Below are positions 11,811 to 36,780 of a stretch of 64,000 bases of DNA, piece after piece. The translations under genes and the position numbers were made by a program. The notes under the pieces are model-generated. The model did not search any database, was not told the origin of the DNA, and worked only from the letters and a program-made list of their open reading frames with translations. This DNA is from Macrostomum lignano (lineage: Eukaryota). The stretch covers positions 33,466 through 97,465 of the forward strand of contig NIVC01002782.1 of assembly GCA_002269645.1 (NCBI GenBank), in the 5' to 3' direction. Positions within the stretch are counted from its first letter, which is position 1. Each line of letters starts with the position of its first letter.

Positions 11811-12340
11811 GATTAAATTAAATGTAACTTACTATATTAAAAGCATAACAATTAGCTATATATTCCATGTAAATATGCAGTTACAGTTACATGTAATTTC
11901 ATGCCGCAAATGAAATTAAGCATGCAGAAAACAACATGTACATGTATAAAGCGCGAGCTGTCGACCTGTCAAGGGCATAATTAAACTTCATATAGTGAAT
12001 AATTAAATAGATAAAGAAAAAACACCCGTGTTAATTAGAAATATAGGTAATAAGAGCGTCAGAGTAACAATTTTTATTTATGAATAAAAAACTTGCAGAT
12101 TGCATAAGGTAAGGTATATTACAAATTAATAATAATTTTTACGAATAAAAGTTAACGAACAAAAAGTCCGATACCCAAAAATAGAAAATAATAGAATTTA
12201 GCTGTAGAAAAATATGGAAGATAATTAAAATTGGAATTAAATTACACAAATTACAGAGGAAAAAAATATTTACGTTTTTATTATTGCTACGTGTAGCTGA
12301 GTCATTGCTCAATTGCTCGTCATTGCAAATCTGATCAGTC

Positions 12341-15273
12341 TCAAATCAGGTGGAAATGTTTCAGACTGTTGCGCAGGTGCACCAGCTCGCGATCGATGCT
12401 GTCCAACTTCTGCTCGAGCAGCTCCTGGCCAATTCGAGTTTCGGGGTTCATGAGAATCGTGAATGAAGATGTTTGGCATGTATGTAGCGGGACACGAGGG
12501 TTGCGGGGCACCCTGGGCGCAACGCCTTCAGCGAAATCAATACACATCCACCTGCCCATTCCGCTGACTCTCTGTCTTGGGGGTTGGCCCTCACGGGTGT
12601 AAATCGCGCAACAACTGGTTATCGTGATTGATACAGGTAAAGAGTAATTACAGTCTTACAGCGTGTTAGAAAATCGATTACAAAATGATAGATTGTATAA
12701 ATAATAAAGTTTGCAAGTTGATCATGATGACTCTAGCAGCTAAACTTGTCCGCAACCGTCACCTACGTGAGGCCTTTTTTGTCCAGTCAGAGAGATTCGC
12801 ACTACTTTTTTAATCCTGCGACTCTGAGTGAAGGTTTGGAAAAATTTTTCAAATAGGTTTCTGTTTAAAATACGATTAATACTACTTAGTAGAAAATACC
12901 CACAGTAGCTTATTAAGAGTGTCAGGAACTTTTATAAAAATGTAATAATCAAGAAATTATTTATGAACTATGTAATTTATTAAAGATGTAACTTTAAAAT
13001 TATGAAATTTATGAATTATGAGCTTTGATATTGAGATAATTATGGCTTATGGAAAAATGAATTACGAATTTGATGATTCTGAAAGCATTAAATATACAAT
13101 TTAGGAATTATTATGAAATTTATGACCATAAACTTTATGAATTATGCAATTATGGAATTCAAGAAACTCAATTGTAGATGGCAGCCAGACCTGATCCCGC
13201 ACGCTGTGCCAAGTGTGATGCGCAGAGTCGGTCCGGGGCACCCTAGTCAGGGCAGCCTCAACCTCGCGCCGTTCCACTTGCAGACAGTCGTAGCGCCGCT
13301 CCAGTTCAGCGGGATCGCCCGGCAAGTCAAGAGCGTCTGCGGTGTCGATGATTCTCCGGCGCTCCAGATCGGCCAGAGAACGGCGCAGACTGTCGGCGGC
13401 GGCGTCTCCTGCTACCGTTTGAGCCTAAAATTAGTAGGTAGGAATAATGTACTGCTTATAATTAGCACACAGATAGATTATAAACTACTGACTGCACTAC
13501 TTACAGTAGAAATATTAGCACACAGATAGATTATAAACTACTGACTGCGCTACTTACAGTAGAAATATTAGCACACAGATAGATTATAAACTACTGACTG
13601 CACTACTTACAGTAGAAATATTAGCACACAGATAGATTATAAACTACTGACTGCGCTACTTACAGTAGAAATACTAGCACACAGATAAATTATAAGCTAC
13701 TGACTGCACTACTTACAGTAGAAATATTAGCACACAGATAGATTATAAGCTACTGACTGCACTACTTACAGTAGAAATATTAGCACACAGATAGATTATA
13801 AACTACTGACTGCGCTACTTACAGTAGAAATATTAGCACACAGATAGATCGTTTGCAGTTCAACAACTTGACGATTTTTCCTCACCTGTTGTTCGGCCGC
13901 ATCGCCTTCGTCCCCGCCGACAGCTATCATAGAGACTCGCCTGTTGCTGCTCCGATTTCGCAGGTACTGCAGCTCGGCCTCCGCAGCTGTCAGTCGGCCC
14001 AGCAGACTGTCGCACAGGTGCCGACTGCGGGCCAGTTGGTTCTCCGCTAGCGCCAGCTCGCGCTCTTTGGCAGCCAGCGCCAAATGGAGTCGAGCTAATT
14101 CGTCTGCTTCGGAGCCTACAGAAGCGCCGCTGTTTGGAATTGGCTGGGCCTCGGTTGCCAAGCTGGCGGGCTGCGAGCAGGTGAGTAAAGAGACTCTTGC
14201 GCCACTTTACTTTTACCTAATCTTGGCGCCATTCCTGTCACTCCTTGGCGCTACTCCTGTCACTCCCTGGCGCCATTCCTGTCACTCCTTGGCGCCCCTC
14301 CTGTCACTCCTTGGCGCCATTACTGTCACTCCTTGGCGCCATTACTGTCACACCTTGGCGCCATTCCTGTCACTCCTTGGCGCCCCTCCTATCACACCTT
14401 GGCGCCATTCCTGTCACTCCAATTGGTCAACCTAAGCGCTCACCTCAGCCAGGTGATCGCACAGGTTGCGCCTCTCCTCTGTGCTGATTGGGGTCAGATC
14501 TGGAATTAAAAAAAACCAGCTATTACAGGTGGCCAAAAGTTTTTTGTCAATTTTTACAGGCAGTTTTAAGTTCACAAGGCAATCCAAGACAGTTGGGATA
14601 TTCAACATTATTTCAAGAAGGTCGAGCTCCTGGACCTAAATATTATCAAAAGCAGGGTTATGGAAATTTTCAATTGAAAATTTCAACTACTTGCCTCCCG
14701 AGCCCTTGGACTTGCGATTGGTGGCCAATCCGGGGTCATCAGCAATGGCGCTCCTGTGATTGGCAAGCTGCTCGTCAAGTAGGCGACGCTCTGTAGCCAG
14801 GTTTCGCCTTACAGTATTCTGCAAAAGAAATAATTTTCGCGCAGATATCGATTTAAGCTACTGTTAGTAGAAATATAGAAACACACATGAATAAATATAC
14901 ATTTGCAATCTAAAAAGCTAACCTGCAATTCGCGCAGCTCATTACAGTGCTGCTCCGTTTTCTGACACACGTAGGCTTGGTGGCGGCTGTTCAACTGGTT
15001 GAATACCCGATCCCATTGCTCCTGGAAGCAGATTGTTTGCAAATGCTTAAAGATCACTGAAGATTAAGTTTTACTATAATTAAAATTGAAACAGGCAACC
15101 CAGTTATTTACCTCGCTGCAGTCTTTTGCAGCAGTTTTAATGCACATAAGAGCAGTGGGATTGTCCTGCACAATGGCCTCCTTAAGGCGATGCAAAAGTG
15201 AATTGTCTGCATGGGCATCAGTGTGGCTACCAGCTAAATTGTGCTGTGTTGCTCTACTGCTCTTAGTTGTCAT
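12341..15273 (-). CDS. MPHOSPH9: MPHOSPH9-like coiled-coil protein (about 343 aa); exons 15273-15112, 15021-14923, 14818-14691, 14483-14444, 14170-13886, 13424-13191, 12424-12341
   Basis: All exons have GT/AG ends and consistent phases (1032 nt). The C-terminus ERREVEAALTRVP...DQELLEQKLDSIDRELVHLRNSLKHFHLI resembles the MPHOSPH9 C-terminus as I recall it (IESALSRMP...NQEALEDRLERINRELGSVRMTLKKFHVL). The start codon is uncertain. Confidence 0.65.
13460..13850. repeat. 53-bp minisatellite, about 7.5 copies, intronic
   Basis: TTAGCACAC at 13462 and 13515 gives period 53. Confidence 0.95.
14220..14420. repeat. 22-bp minisatellite (CCTTGGCGCCATTCCTGTCACT), intronic
   Basis: About 9 copies read directly. 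Confidence 0.95.
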
Positions 15274-17954
15274 TGCAAAGGCTGAAATACCAAACTGATT
15301 TTTATTGACAATAGTTAAGCAAGTTAGGCAAAGGAGGGTAGAGAAAAGAGAAACCAAGAAGAAAAAAGAAAAAAAGAAAAGAAAAGATAATATATAATGA
15401 AATTAAAAGTAAATATAAACCTTTAACATGTTAGATTACTATCAAAAATTTGAAAGGACTTATAAACTAGATATTTCATTTTCATTTGGTAAGTTGGGGC
15501 TATCAAGGGGCCCTGCGCATCAGCCCTGGGGAGGGCTCTTATGCAACTAATTTATTTTAGTTTCCAGTTTGAGCGATACATTAAGTATTTTGTTCGAGAA
15601 ATAAAACAAATATTTTCTAATAATACAATGATGCCATTTAAAAACTTAAAACAAATAATAGGGTACAATTAATCAATATAAAGTCAATTTAAAGCAAATG
15701 GTTGAAGTATTGAGTAAAACAAATAAATATAAATAAATATGATTGATAAAACTAAAACAAATATTGGGGTGTAAATATGTACAGTGAATCACAAAGCAGT
15801 GATGTTTTGAGTGTTTTGGTTTAAAAATGGAGGCCAGCTTCTTCACTACTAATGAGAGTAGGTAGACACAGCTATGATATAGGAACCTGCCTATGTTAGT
15901 TAACCTTACGAAAACGAAGGATTCCCTGGGAATACTTGGAGAACACCGTAAGTAGAGAGGTCCCAAACCCACAGTTGAGGGTTGAGCAAATTTTGTTAAT
16001 CATCAAACCAGACGCAACAGCATCCCAACAAAGCAAGCCCAATTGGTAAGTTCAACATTCAGATATCCTAACTTTGTGATAATTATGTGTAGTGGACCTG
16101 GCCCCACAATAAACAGCATTTTGGGTGAATAATGTACTTATTAAGAGGACTTATAAGCTAGATAGAAAGGTTTGGGGGCTATATATATAGTTTTGCAAAT
16201 AAGAGTTTGCAAAACCTTGATGCTTGATCAGGGGTGGACTTAGATAGAAATGCAAAGGGCATATGCCCCTATTAGTTTTTTCATCCTAGGTAAAAAATTG
16301 GTTAAATAATAATATTATATCTTTATATATATAACTTATAAGTTTGATAGGGTACCCCCTGCCCCATCAAAAATGTTTTGTATCTATGACTATATCTAGC
16401 CCTAATTTAAACCAGATAAAAATGCTTTGATTTTGTTTTCTTGAATTTACCTGTCTTAGGTCATATTAAAACCACTAAGAATATTGAAAAAAGGAATAAT
16501 TATTAAGGAAATATAAAGTATCATTATTGACTAATTCTCAACTTGCTAACTGTGAATTTATCTATATAACTTGTATAAATCTATATCTATATATAAAACT
16601 ATAAATCTAAAGCTTAGACTATTCTGTGACTCTCTGCTACATAGAATAGAACCTAATCTTTAACTTACTTTAAACATGAAACTTAGGACTTCATCATTTT
16701 AGCTTATAAAAATGAAGCATAGTAGCAGGGACTACAACTACAAGTATTCTTACTGTGACTTACTCTAGGTTTAAGAACAAAATATTAAATGCACTGCACG
16801 TCTGCAGTCCTATGTAGAATGGAAAAAGTTGGTGACACCGTCATCGATTTCTCATAAAAGAATCATAGGACATAATACAATGTCAAGACTGTAGTGTGGT
16901 GCCTGTGGAAGTGTAGCCGCAGCAGATTTTATAGGTTGGGCCTTCGCCTTTGGACTGCATTTAATAAAATAAAGCTTTACCACTTAAACTATTGAGGCAA
17001 TATACAACAATGGAAGTGGAGTCGACGAGATGCAACGATTACCGAATTTTGAAGCTTAACATGCTCAAGTATTAATTTTATCGTCTTACCGAGTAAGACA
17101 TCGATAGCAAAAGTGCAAAAGTTCAAGATAAATTTTTGTACGCAGCATTACCTAAAGTAAAACAAAGTTTACTTTTTTTGCCTGAAAGGCTTGTCTCAAA
17201 CTTCTCTTTCTGAGTAACAAATAACAAGCTATTGATTAGAATTTTTTCAGTATTTTTTGTTAGTATGATTCTATATGCAAATTAGAGTCAGCATATTATT
17301 TGACCGGCTTACATTCTTTTAATTTGCACAGCGAAGAAAGTTTTAAAAGCTTCATGTTATGTAATTGTTGAACGCGGTTTTCTTTCTTTGATCCAGTTGT
17401 TTTATCTTCTGTCTTGTCTGTCTGTCTGACACAGAAGATAATAGATACAAAGCAATTTAACTTAATATAGAATAGTCATTTTATTATTTTATTATTTTAT
17501 TCTGTTGACTGTGTTGTCAAAAAACTAAATATTATCATTTAGTCGAGGCTAAAGCATATCAAAACAATAAGTTTTATAGTTCATGGCTTTTTTCATCAGC
17601 TCATTCAAGTTAAAAAATATTGATATCACCCACTCAATTGAAACGTGATGAAAGATTTTATTGTGTTGCCAAACAATTTCTACATTTTTTATCTTCATGT
17701 GTAGACTATATTTAAAAAATTAAAATAAATATGGTCTTTTAAAAAATCAGCATTGTTGTTTTCAGTTATGATTTTAGCTCGTAATGTATAAGAAAATATA
17801 ACTTTAATAGTTGAAAGTCGTTTATTATTGATTAAATTAAGACATCTTGGCTTTTTTGTCCTCTTTCTCTTGAGCAACAGAATCACCGATCTTACTTTTC
17901 TGCTTTGAATTTCAACTCAAAAAAGCAAAGCAACACCAGCGGCTGGCCCGCCAA

Positions 17955-29410
<11,456 letters not shown>

Positions 29411-29744
29411 GAGCCTCCGCAGCATTGTCGATCCAGCGTCGATTTTTAGCCCGAAGGATTTTAGTTCAATTTTTGTGTTGCGCACTTATAATACTTATAA
29501 AACATTTTCAGTAGTAGTGTAGTAGCATTTTTTGTTAAGTTTTTGTGATTACGCTCGTATATTTATCAATCCACCCTTAGGTAGCAAAAATACTTAAAGT
29601 TATTGGCTCATCATTTTTAATACTATTGTGCCTTAATCTTTCCAGTTCCTGATACCGCTATAGGTAGTAAGCTTCCGATTCCTAAAATACTTTGCACCTG
29701 GAAGAAATTACTGGGAATTCGGGGTGGCTACATGATATGAGGGA

Positions 29745-30310
29745 TGGGTAGTATTGTGGGTGCTGGAGTGAGAGAATGGGAGTGGGGTGGGTGCAGGAGT
29801 GAGAGACGGGGAGTGGGGTGGGTGCAGGAGTGAGAGACGGGGAGTGGGGTGGGTGCAGGAGTGAGAGACGGGGAGTGGGGTGGGTGCAGGAGTGAGAGAC
29901 GGGGAGTGGGATGGGTGCAGGAGTGAGAGACGGGGAGTGGGATGGGTGCAGGAGTGAGAGACGGGGAGTGGGGTGGGTGCAGGAGTGAGAGACGGGGAGT
30001 GGGATGGGTGCAGGAGTGAGAAACGGTGGTGGGTGCAGGAGTGAGAAACGGTGGTGGGTGCAGGAGTGAGAAACGGGGGTGGGTGCAGGAGTGAGAGACG
30101 GGGAGTGGGGTGGGTGCAGGAGTGAGAGACGGGGAGTGGGGTGGGTGCAGGAGTGAGAGACGGGGAGTGGGATGGGTGCAGGAGTGAGAAACGGTGGTGG
30201 GTGCAGGAGTGAGAAACGGTGGTGGGTGCAGGAGTGAGAAACGGGGGTGGGTGCATGAGTGAGAGACGGGGAGTGGGGTGGGTGCAGGAGTGAGAAACGG
30301 GGGTGGGTGC
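29745..30310. repeat. About 30-bp G-rich minisatellite (GGGTGCAGGAGTGAGAGACGGGGAGTGGGGT)
   Basis: Read directly; lies between the convergent ZNF106-like and Tob 3' ends. Confidence 0.95.
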
Positions 30311-30829
30311 AAGAACGAGGGACAGAGTAAGTTAAGTAAAACAAAAATCAACTTTTTCGATGAACGCTTTCTCGTAGTGCTGAGCTGTTTGTTACAGCTG
30401 GTTAATTGTTTGATCTTTTTTGAATGTTTTTTTAATGCGTTTTGTATAATTTTTTACAATAAATCGAATTTTTGAACTATTGCTTAACGGATGGGATACA
30501 GAAAAACACTTTTGCTTGAGCAGCTGGTTGCTCTCAGCACTGCTGCAAAAATTGATCAATTTTATTCAATCCTCGAAACAATGAACAAGATTGTGTCTAA
30601 AATACTGCTTTTAGTAAGCTCATATTCCTCGATAGGTTCTATTTTCTCTTTAAAATTGACGCTAAACTTACTCAAATACGTAAAAACGGACATAAACCAG
30701 AAATAAATACATTTATTCTCAAAACTGTAATAATGGTCGCTATTGAATGAATGCCCTACAGTGGAACTTGTGGAGTGTCCAGAAAGTGCTTAAAAAACTC
30801 AAAGCAAAGTTTTAATCCACATTTAATTG

Positions 30830-31420
30830 CCGAACTTCAGACATCAGACTTCAAATCTCCTGTTTCAGCCTTCAAATTGCAAATCTCAGCCTTTAATTTT
30901 TAAATCTCAGCTTTCAACTCTCAAATCTCAGCCGTCAACTTTCAAATCTCAGCCTTTAATTTTTAAACCTCAGCCTTCAATTTTTAAATCTAAGCTTTCA
31001 ACTTTCAAATTTCAGCCATCAACTCTCAAATCTCAGCCTTCAAATTTCAATCTCAGCCTTAAATCTCAAATCTCAGCCTTCAAATCTCAAATCTCAGCCT
31101 TCAAATTTCAAATCTCAGCCTTTAAATCTCAAATCTCAGCCTTTAAATCTCAAATCTCAGAGTTCAAATTTCAAATCTTAGCCTTTAACTCTCAAATCTC
31201 AGCCTTCAATTTTTTAAATCTCAGCTTTCAACTCTCAAATCTCAGCCGTCAACTTTCAAATCTCAGCCTTCAAATTTCAAATCTCAGCCTTCAATTTTTT
31301 TAATCTCAGCTTTCAACTATAAAATCTCAGCCTTCAAATTTCAAATCTCAATTTTCACATTTTTTAAAACTCAGCATTCAACTCTCAAATCTCAGCTTTC
31401 AAATCTCAGATACCAATCTT
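30830..31420. repeat. Degenerate TCAAATCTCAGCCT repeat
   Basis: Read directly; begins at the Tob stop codon. Confidence 0.85.
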
Positions 31421-34338
31421 CGAATCTGAAATCTGGTGCTGCACCGGCGGCGACGGCGGCACCTCTGGCAGGCCGCCGGTAGACCATGGAGCGGCAGCGG
31501 CCCCCCAGCAGCCGGCTGAAAACGCGGGTGTCTCATCTGGCGCAGGAGCCGAGCAGGACCGGCTGTAGGCTGGGGGAGGCTCGGCGGCTGCTGGCACGGC
31601 TGGCAGCTGGCAGAGCTGATGCGGCTTGCGCTGCAGGTCCCGGCCGCTCCTCCCAAACCGGCCGCCGCCGCCGCCGCCGCCGCTGCGCCGGTCACCGGGC
31701 GCCGCCTGCCGCGGCTTAGTGCTGCCGAATTTTGTCTGGGCGAAGGCGGCCGCGGTGAAGAAGCTGGACGACGAGCTGCTCTTCTGCACCAGTTGCATCT
31801 GAGGCTGCTGAGGCCGCTGCTGAGACCGCTGGCTGTACAGCGTCAGGAGCGGCCCTGAGAGGGGTGTGAGATGTAGGGTGTGAGATGTAGGGTGTGAGAT
31901 GTAGGGTGTGAGATGTAGGGTGTGAGATGTAGGGTGTGAGATGTAGGGTGTGAGATGTAGGGTGTGAGATGTAGGGTGTGAGATGTAGGGTGTGAGATGT
32001 AGGGTGTGAGATGTAGGGTGTGAGATGTAGGGTGTGAGATGTAGGGTGTGAGATGTAGGGTGTGAGATGTAGGGTGTGAGATGTAGGATGTGAGATGTAG
32101 GGTGTGAGATGTAGGGTGTGAGATGTAGGATGTGAGATGTAGGGTGTGAGATGTAGGGTGTGAGATGTAGGGTGTGAGATGTAGGGTGTGAGATGTAGGG
32201 TGTGAGATGTAGGATGTGAGATGTAGGGTGTGAGATGTAGGGTGTGAGATGTAGGGCGTGAGATGTAGGGTGTGAGATGTAGGGTGTGAGATGTAGGGTG
32301 TGAGATGTAGGGTGTGAGATGTAGGGTGTGAGATGTAGGGTGTGAGATGTAGGGTGTGAGATGTAGGGTGTGAGATGTAGGGTGTGAGATGTAGGGTGTG
32401 AGATGTAGGGTGTGAGATGTAGGGTGTGAGATGTAGGATGTGAGATGTAGGGTGTGAGATGTAGGGTGTGAGATGTAGGGTGTGAGATGTAGGATGTGAG
32501 ATGTAGGGTGTGAGATGTAGGGTGTGAGATGTAGGATGTGAGATGTAGGGTGTGTGATGTAGGGTGTGAGATGTAGGGTGTGAGATGTAGGGTATGAGAT
32601 GTAGAGTGTGAGATGTAGGGTGTGAGATATAAGGTGTGAGATGTAGGGTGTTAGATGTAGGGTGTGAGATATAAGGTGTGAGATGTAGGGTGTGAGATGT
32701 AGGGTGTGAGGTGTAGGGTATGAGATGTAAGGTGTGAGATGTAGGGTGTGAGATGTAGGGTGTTAGATGTAGGGTGTGAGATGTAGGGTGTGAGATGTAG
32801 GGTGTGAGGTGTAGGGTATGAGATGTAAGGTGTGAGATGTAGGGTGTGAGATGTAGGGTGTGAGATGTAGGGTGTGAGATGTAGGGTGTGAGGTGTAGGG
32901 TGTGAGATGTAGGGTGTGAGATGTAAGGTGTGAGGTAGGTAAGAGGTAGGATGTGAGAGGTAGGATGTGAGAGGTAGGATGTGAGAGGTAGGTGGTGAGA
33001 TGTAGAGTGTGAGGTAGGATGTGAGGCAGAGTTGAGTTTGGGTGTGGATGTAGGTGAAATCAAGGACAACTTAAGTTGAAGGACACAACACTCAAAATCT
33101 ATGGCAATTTTTTGAAGGCAAAAAAATTAACAAAATCCCAATTTTCTGAACGAAAAGCTTTATGAATATCAATAGAGCTATAAGAAAGGCACAACATATC
33201 AAATGATGAACAGTGAGTCTGCCTTCTATCGAAAGCAATATCAAATTTTTGTGCTGAAAAAATGAAAAATTCTTATCTCCGTAGTGAATTTTTCGGCGAA
33301 AAATTGCCTTCAAAAATTACCATAGATTTTGAGTGTTGTGTCCTTCAACTTAAGTTGTCCTAGGGTGAAAGTTACGAGTAGGTGAGTTTCAGGTTAGAGG
33401 TAGGTGAGAGGTAGGTTAGAGGTAGGTGAGAGGTAGGTTAGAGGTAGGTGAGAGGTAGGTTAGAGGTAGGTGAGAGGTAGGTTAGAGGTAGGTTAGAGGT
33501 AGGTGAGAGGTAGGTGAAAGGTAGGTTAGAGGTAGGTGAGAGGTAGGTTAGAGGTAGGTTAGAGGTAGGTTAGAGGTAGGTGAGAGGTAGGTTAGAGGTA
33601 GGTGAGAGTTAGGTTAAAGGTAGGTGAGAGGTAGGTTAGAGGTAGGTGAGAGGTAGGTTAGAGGTAGGTGAGAGGTAGGTTAGAGGTAGGTGAGAGGTAG
33701 GTTAGAGGTAGGTGAGAGGTAGGTTAGAGGTAGGTGAGAGGTAGGTTAGAGGTAGGTGAGAGGTAGGTTAGAGGTAGGTGAGAGGTAGGTTAGAGGTAGG
33801 TGAGAGGTAGGTTAGAGGTAGGTGAGAGGTAGGTTAGAGGTAGGTGAGAGGTAGGTTAGAGGTAGGTGAGAGGTCTGAGAGGTAGATGAGAGGTAGGTGA
33901 GAGGTCTGAGAGGTAGGTGAGAGGTAGGTGAGAGGTCTGAGAGGTAGGTAAGAGTGTGCGCTCGGCCTAGTCCTCGTCAGCGCACATTCATGGCGGTGAA
34001 GCCGCCCCAGGCTCACCCTTCTCCCCCACCCGGTAGGTGACCTCGCCGGGGTCAATCCACAGCGTCAGACCGTCGGGCAGCACCGCCAGGATCTCGGCGA
34101 CGTCCAAGCCGACCTCCCTGGCCGAGGCCAGCAGCAGTTCATCCGGTCGGCTTCCGGTGATTGACAGGCAACGGAAACCGGCGCCCCGGAGCGGCTGGTC
34201 CTCATGCCAGTGGCCGGTGAACTTCAGTCGAATCGCCTTCTCTAGCTCCTCGGACAGCAGCTGGACTCGGCGACGAGGCACTCGGCCGAACAGAAAGGAG
34301 GCGATGAACCCGACAGCTGCGGCAACCTCGGAGTCCAT
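31406..34338 (-). CDS. TOB: Tob (BTG/Tob anti-proliferative family), 256 aa; exons 34338-34017 and 31854-31406
   Basis: BTG domain MDSEVAAAVGFI...KFTGHW...GAGFRCL...LTLWIDPGEVTYRVGEKG|PLLTLY (phase-1 intron) plus the Tob-specific motif FTAAAFAQTKFGSTK. The true 3' end could include one more exon. Confidence 0.9.
31860..33050. repeat. 14-bp minisatellite (GGGTGTGAGATGTA) in the Tob intron
   Basis: Read directly, about 80 copies. Confidence 0.95.
33061..33363. mobile_element. MITE with about 60-bp TIRs starting C(A/T)AGGACAACTTAAGTTG, P-superfamily-like ends
   Basis: 33061-33121 matches the reverse complement of 33304-33363 with 2 mismatches and 1 indel; GGTGAAA is duplicated at 33053-33059 and 33364-33370. 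Confidence 0.85.
33375..33950. repeat. 11-bp alternating minisatellite AGAGGTAGGT(T/G) in the Tob intron
   Basis: Read directly. Confidence 0.95.
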
Positions 34339-34364
34339 GGCGGGCGCGGCGACTGGACTGGAAG

Positions 34365-34805
34365 TTCAATGGATTGCTAGTCTAGCCAACGACTCAATGA
34401 ATCTAAGTGGATTGCTAGCCTAGCCAAATACTCAAAGTATCTGAGTGGATTGCTAGTCTAGCCAATGACTTAATGAATCTAAGTGGATTGCTAGCCTAGC
34501 CAAATACTCAAAGTATCTGAGTGGATTGCTAGTCTAGCCAATGACTCAATGAATCTAAGTGGATTGCTAGTCTAGCCAATGACTCAATGAATCTAAGTGG
34601 ATTGCTAGCCTAGCCAAATACTCAAAGTATCTGAGTGGATTGCTAGTCTAGCCAATGACTCAATGAATCTAAGTGGATTGCTAGTCTAGCCAATGACTCA
34701 ATGAATCTAAGTGGATTGCTGGTCTAGCCAATGACTCAAAGAATCGAAATGGATTGCTAGTCTAGCCAATGACTCAATGAATCTAAGTGGATTGCTAGTC
34801 TAGCT
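34365..34805. repeat. 38-bp minisatellite upstream of the Tob ATG (probably in a 5'UTR intron)
   Basis: TGGATTGCTAG at 34370 and 34408 gives period 38. Confidence 0.9.
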
Positions 34806-35099
34806 TGTATGTGCTATAGCTGATGTAATTAAAAAACCAATACATTTCTAGTTTAGACTACAAAGCATTGATATAGTGATTGCAATTGTCATAAATTAAA
34901 ACTTTAACCAACTGAAGCAGATATAACTTGTAACAGTATTTAGAATTAAAGTGAATGCAGAAACAGTAACGATTTGGGGTACCTCGATCGTATTAAGGGG
35001 AGTAGGGTTTAACGCAATACAATCTGTAAACATATCCAGGTGCGCCGCCGCTGTCTTTCTTGGCTTGTTCTCAGCGAATTAACTGGAACTCGCAGCTCG

Positions 35100-35160
35100 A
35101 GTCAGGCCCTGCGAGTGACTTATTGGCCTGACTAGAGGTGGGCGGGACTCAGAGAGGTGC
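35100..35160 (-). promoter_or_regulatory. Candidate Tob promoter (GC box plus CCAAT box)
   Basis: Plus strand has ATTGG at 35122 and GGGCGG at 35140 in a CpG-rich patch, followed on the minus strand by an initiator-like TCACT. Confidence 0.35.
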
Positions 35161-35259
35161 GTCTGCTGAGCCGCAGCTACCGTTTCTCATGAGAGTTCTT
35201 CATGTAGAATCTCCAGATTCACTTTATTTCCGTTTTGCCCGTTTTACTGTGTCTGCCTC

Positions 35260-35745
<486 letters not shown>

Positions 35746-36174
35746 AATCCCTGTATCTATCGAAGGACTCAGTCTAAGCTCATACGGCAGAGGGTTGCCT
35801 CTCTCAACCAGCTGGCAATCTAAACTGCTGTTCGACCTGAGCAGAAGTCTGAGTATATTGCTTGTATTTACAAATCAATTAATCAGTGGCTGGTGAGGGT
35901 TGCACATAAAGAACTAATTTGCCTTTCAGCTACTTACTGGGTCTTGTATCCTAAACTGCAGTAGTACGAGCGTGTTTGCTTGCCGGTTATAAAACTTATG
36001 AGCACTCGCTTTCAGCTCTGCTTCGCCTGTTAATCCGAAACTGCTCAAGTGAGTTCTCGATTCGATTCGTGGAATCGACAGGGACTTAATAATTATTCGA
36101 GTTCATGTGCCACACGAAGTCTGATTGGTTGCGGCAGAAGAAAAATGCGTTTTTAAGTAATTTGAAGCAAAGCG

Positions 36175-36780
36175 TGACGCAGAGTGACAATTAGAGAGTG
36201 ACACAGAGTGACAATTAGAGAGCGACACAGAGTGACAATTAGAGAGTGACACAGAGTCACAATTAGAGAGTGACACAGAGTGACAATTAGAGAGTGACAC
36301 AGAGTGACAATTAGAGAGTGACACAGAGTGACAATTAGAGAGTGACACAGAGTGACAATTAGAGAGTGACACAGAGTGACAATTAGAGAGTGACAGAGTG
36401 ACAATTAGAGAGTGACACAGAGTGACAATTAGAGAGTGACAATTAGAGAGTGACAATTAGAGAGTGACAATTAGAGAGTGACACAGAGTGACAATTAGAG
36501 AGTGACAATTAGAGAGTGACACAGAGTGACAATTAGAGAGTGACAATTAGAGAGTGACACAGAGTGACAATTAGAGAGTGACACAGAGTCACAATTAGAG
36601 AGTGACGCAGAGTGACAATTAGAGAGTGACACAGAGTGACAATTAGAGAGTGACACAGAGTGACAATTAGAGAGTGACACAGAGTGACAATTAGAGAGTG
36701 ACACAGAGTGACAATTAGAGAGTGACACAGAGTGACAATTAGAGAGTGACGCAGAGTGACAATTAGATAGTGACAAGGAG
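36175..36780. repeat. 24-bp minisatellite (AGAGTGACACAGAGTGACAATTAG)
   Basis: Read directly. Confidence 0.95.
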
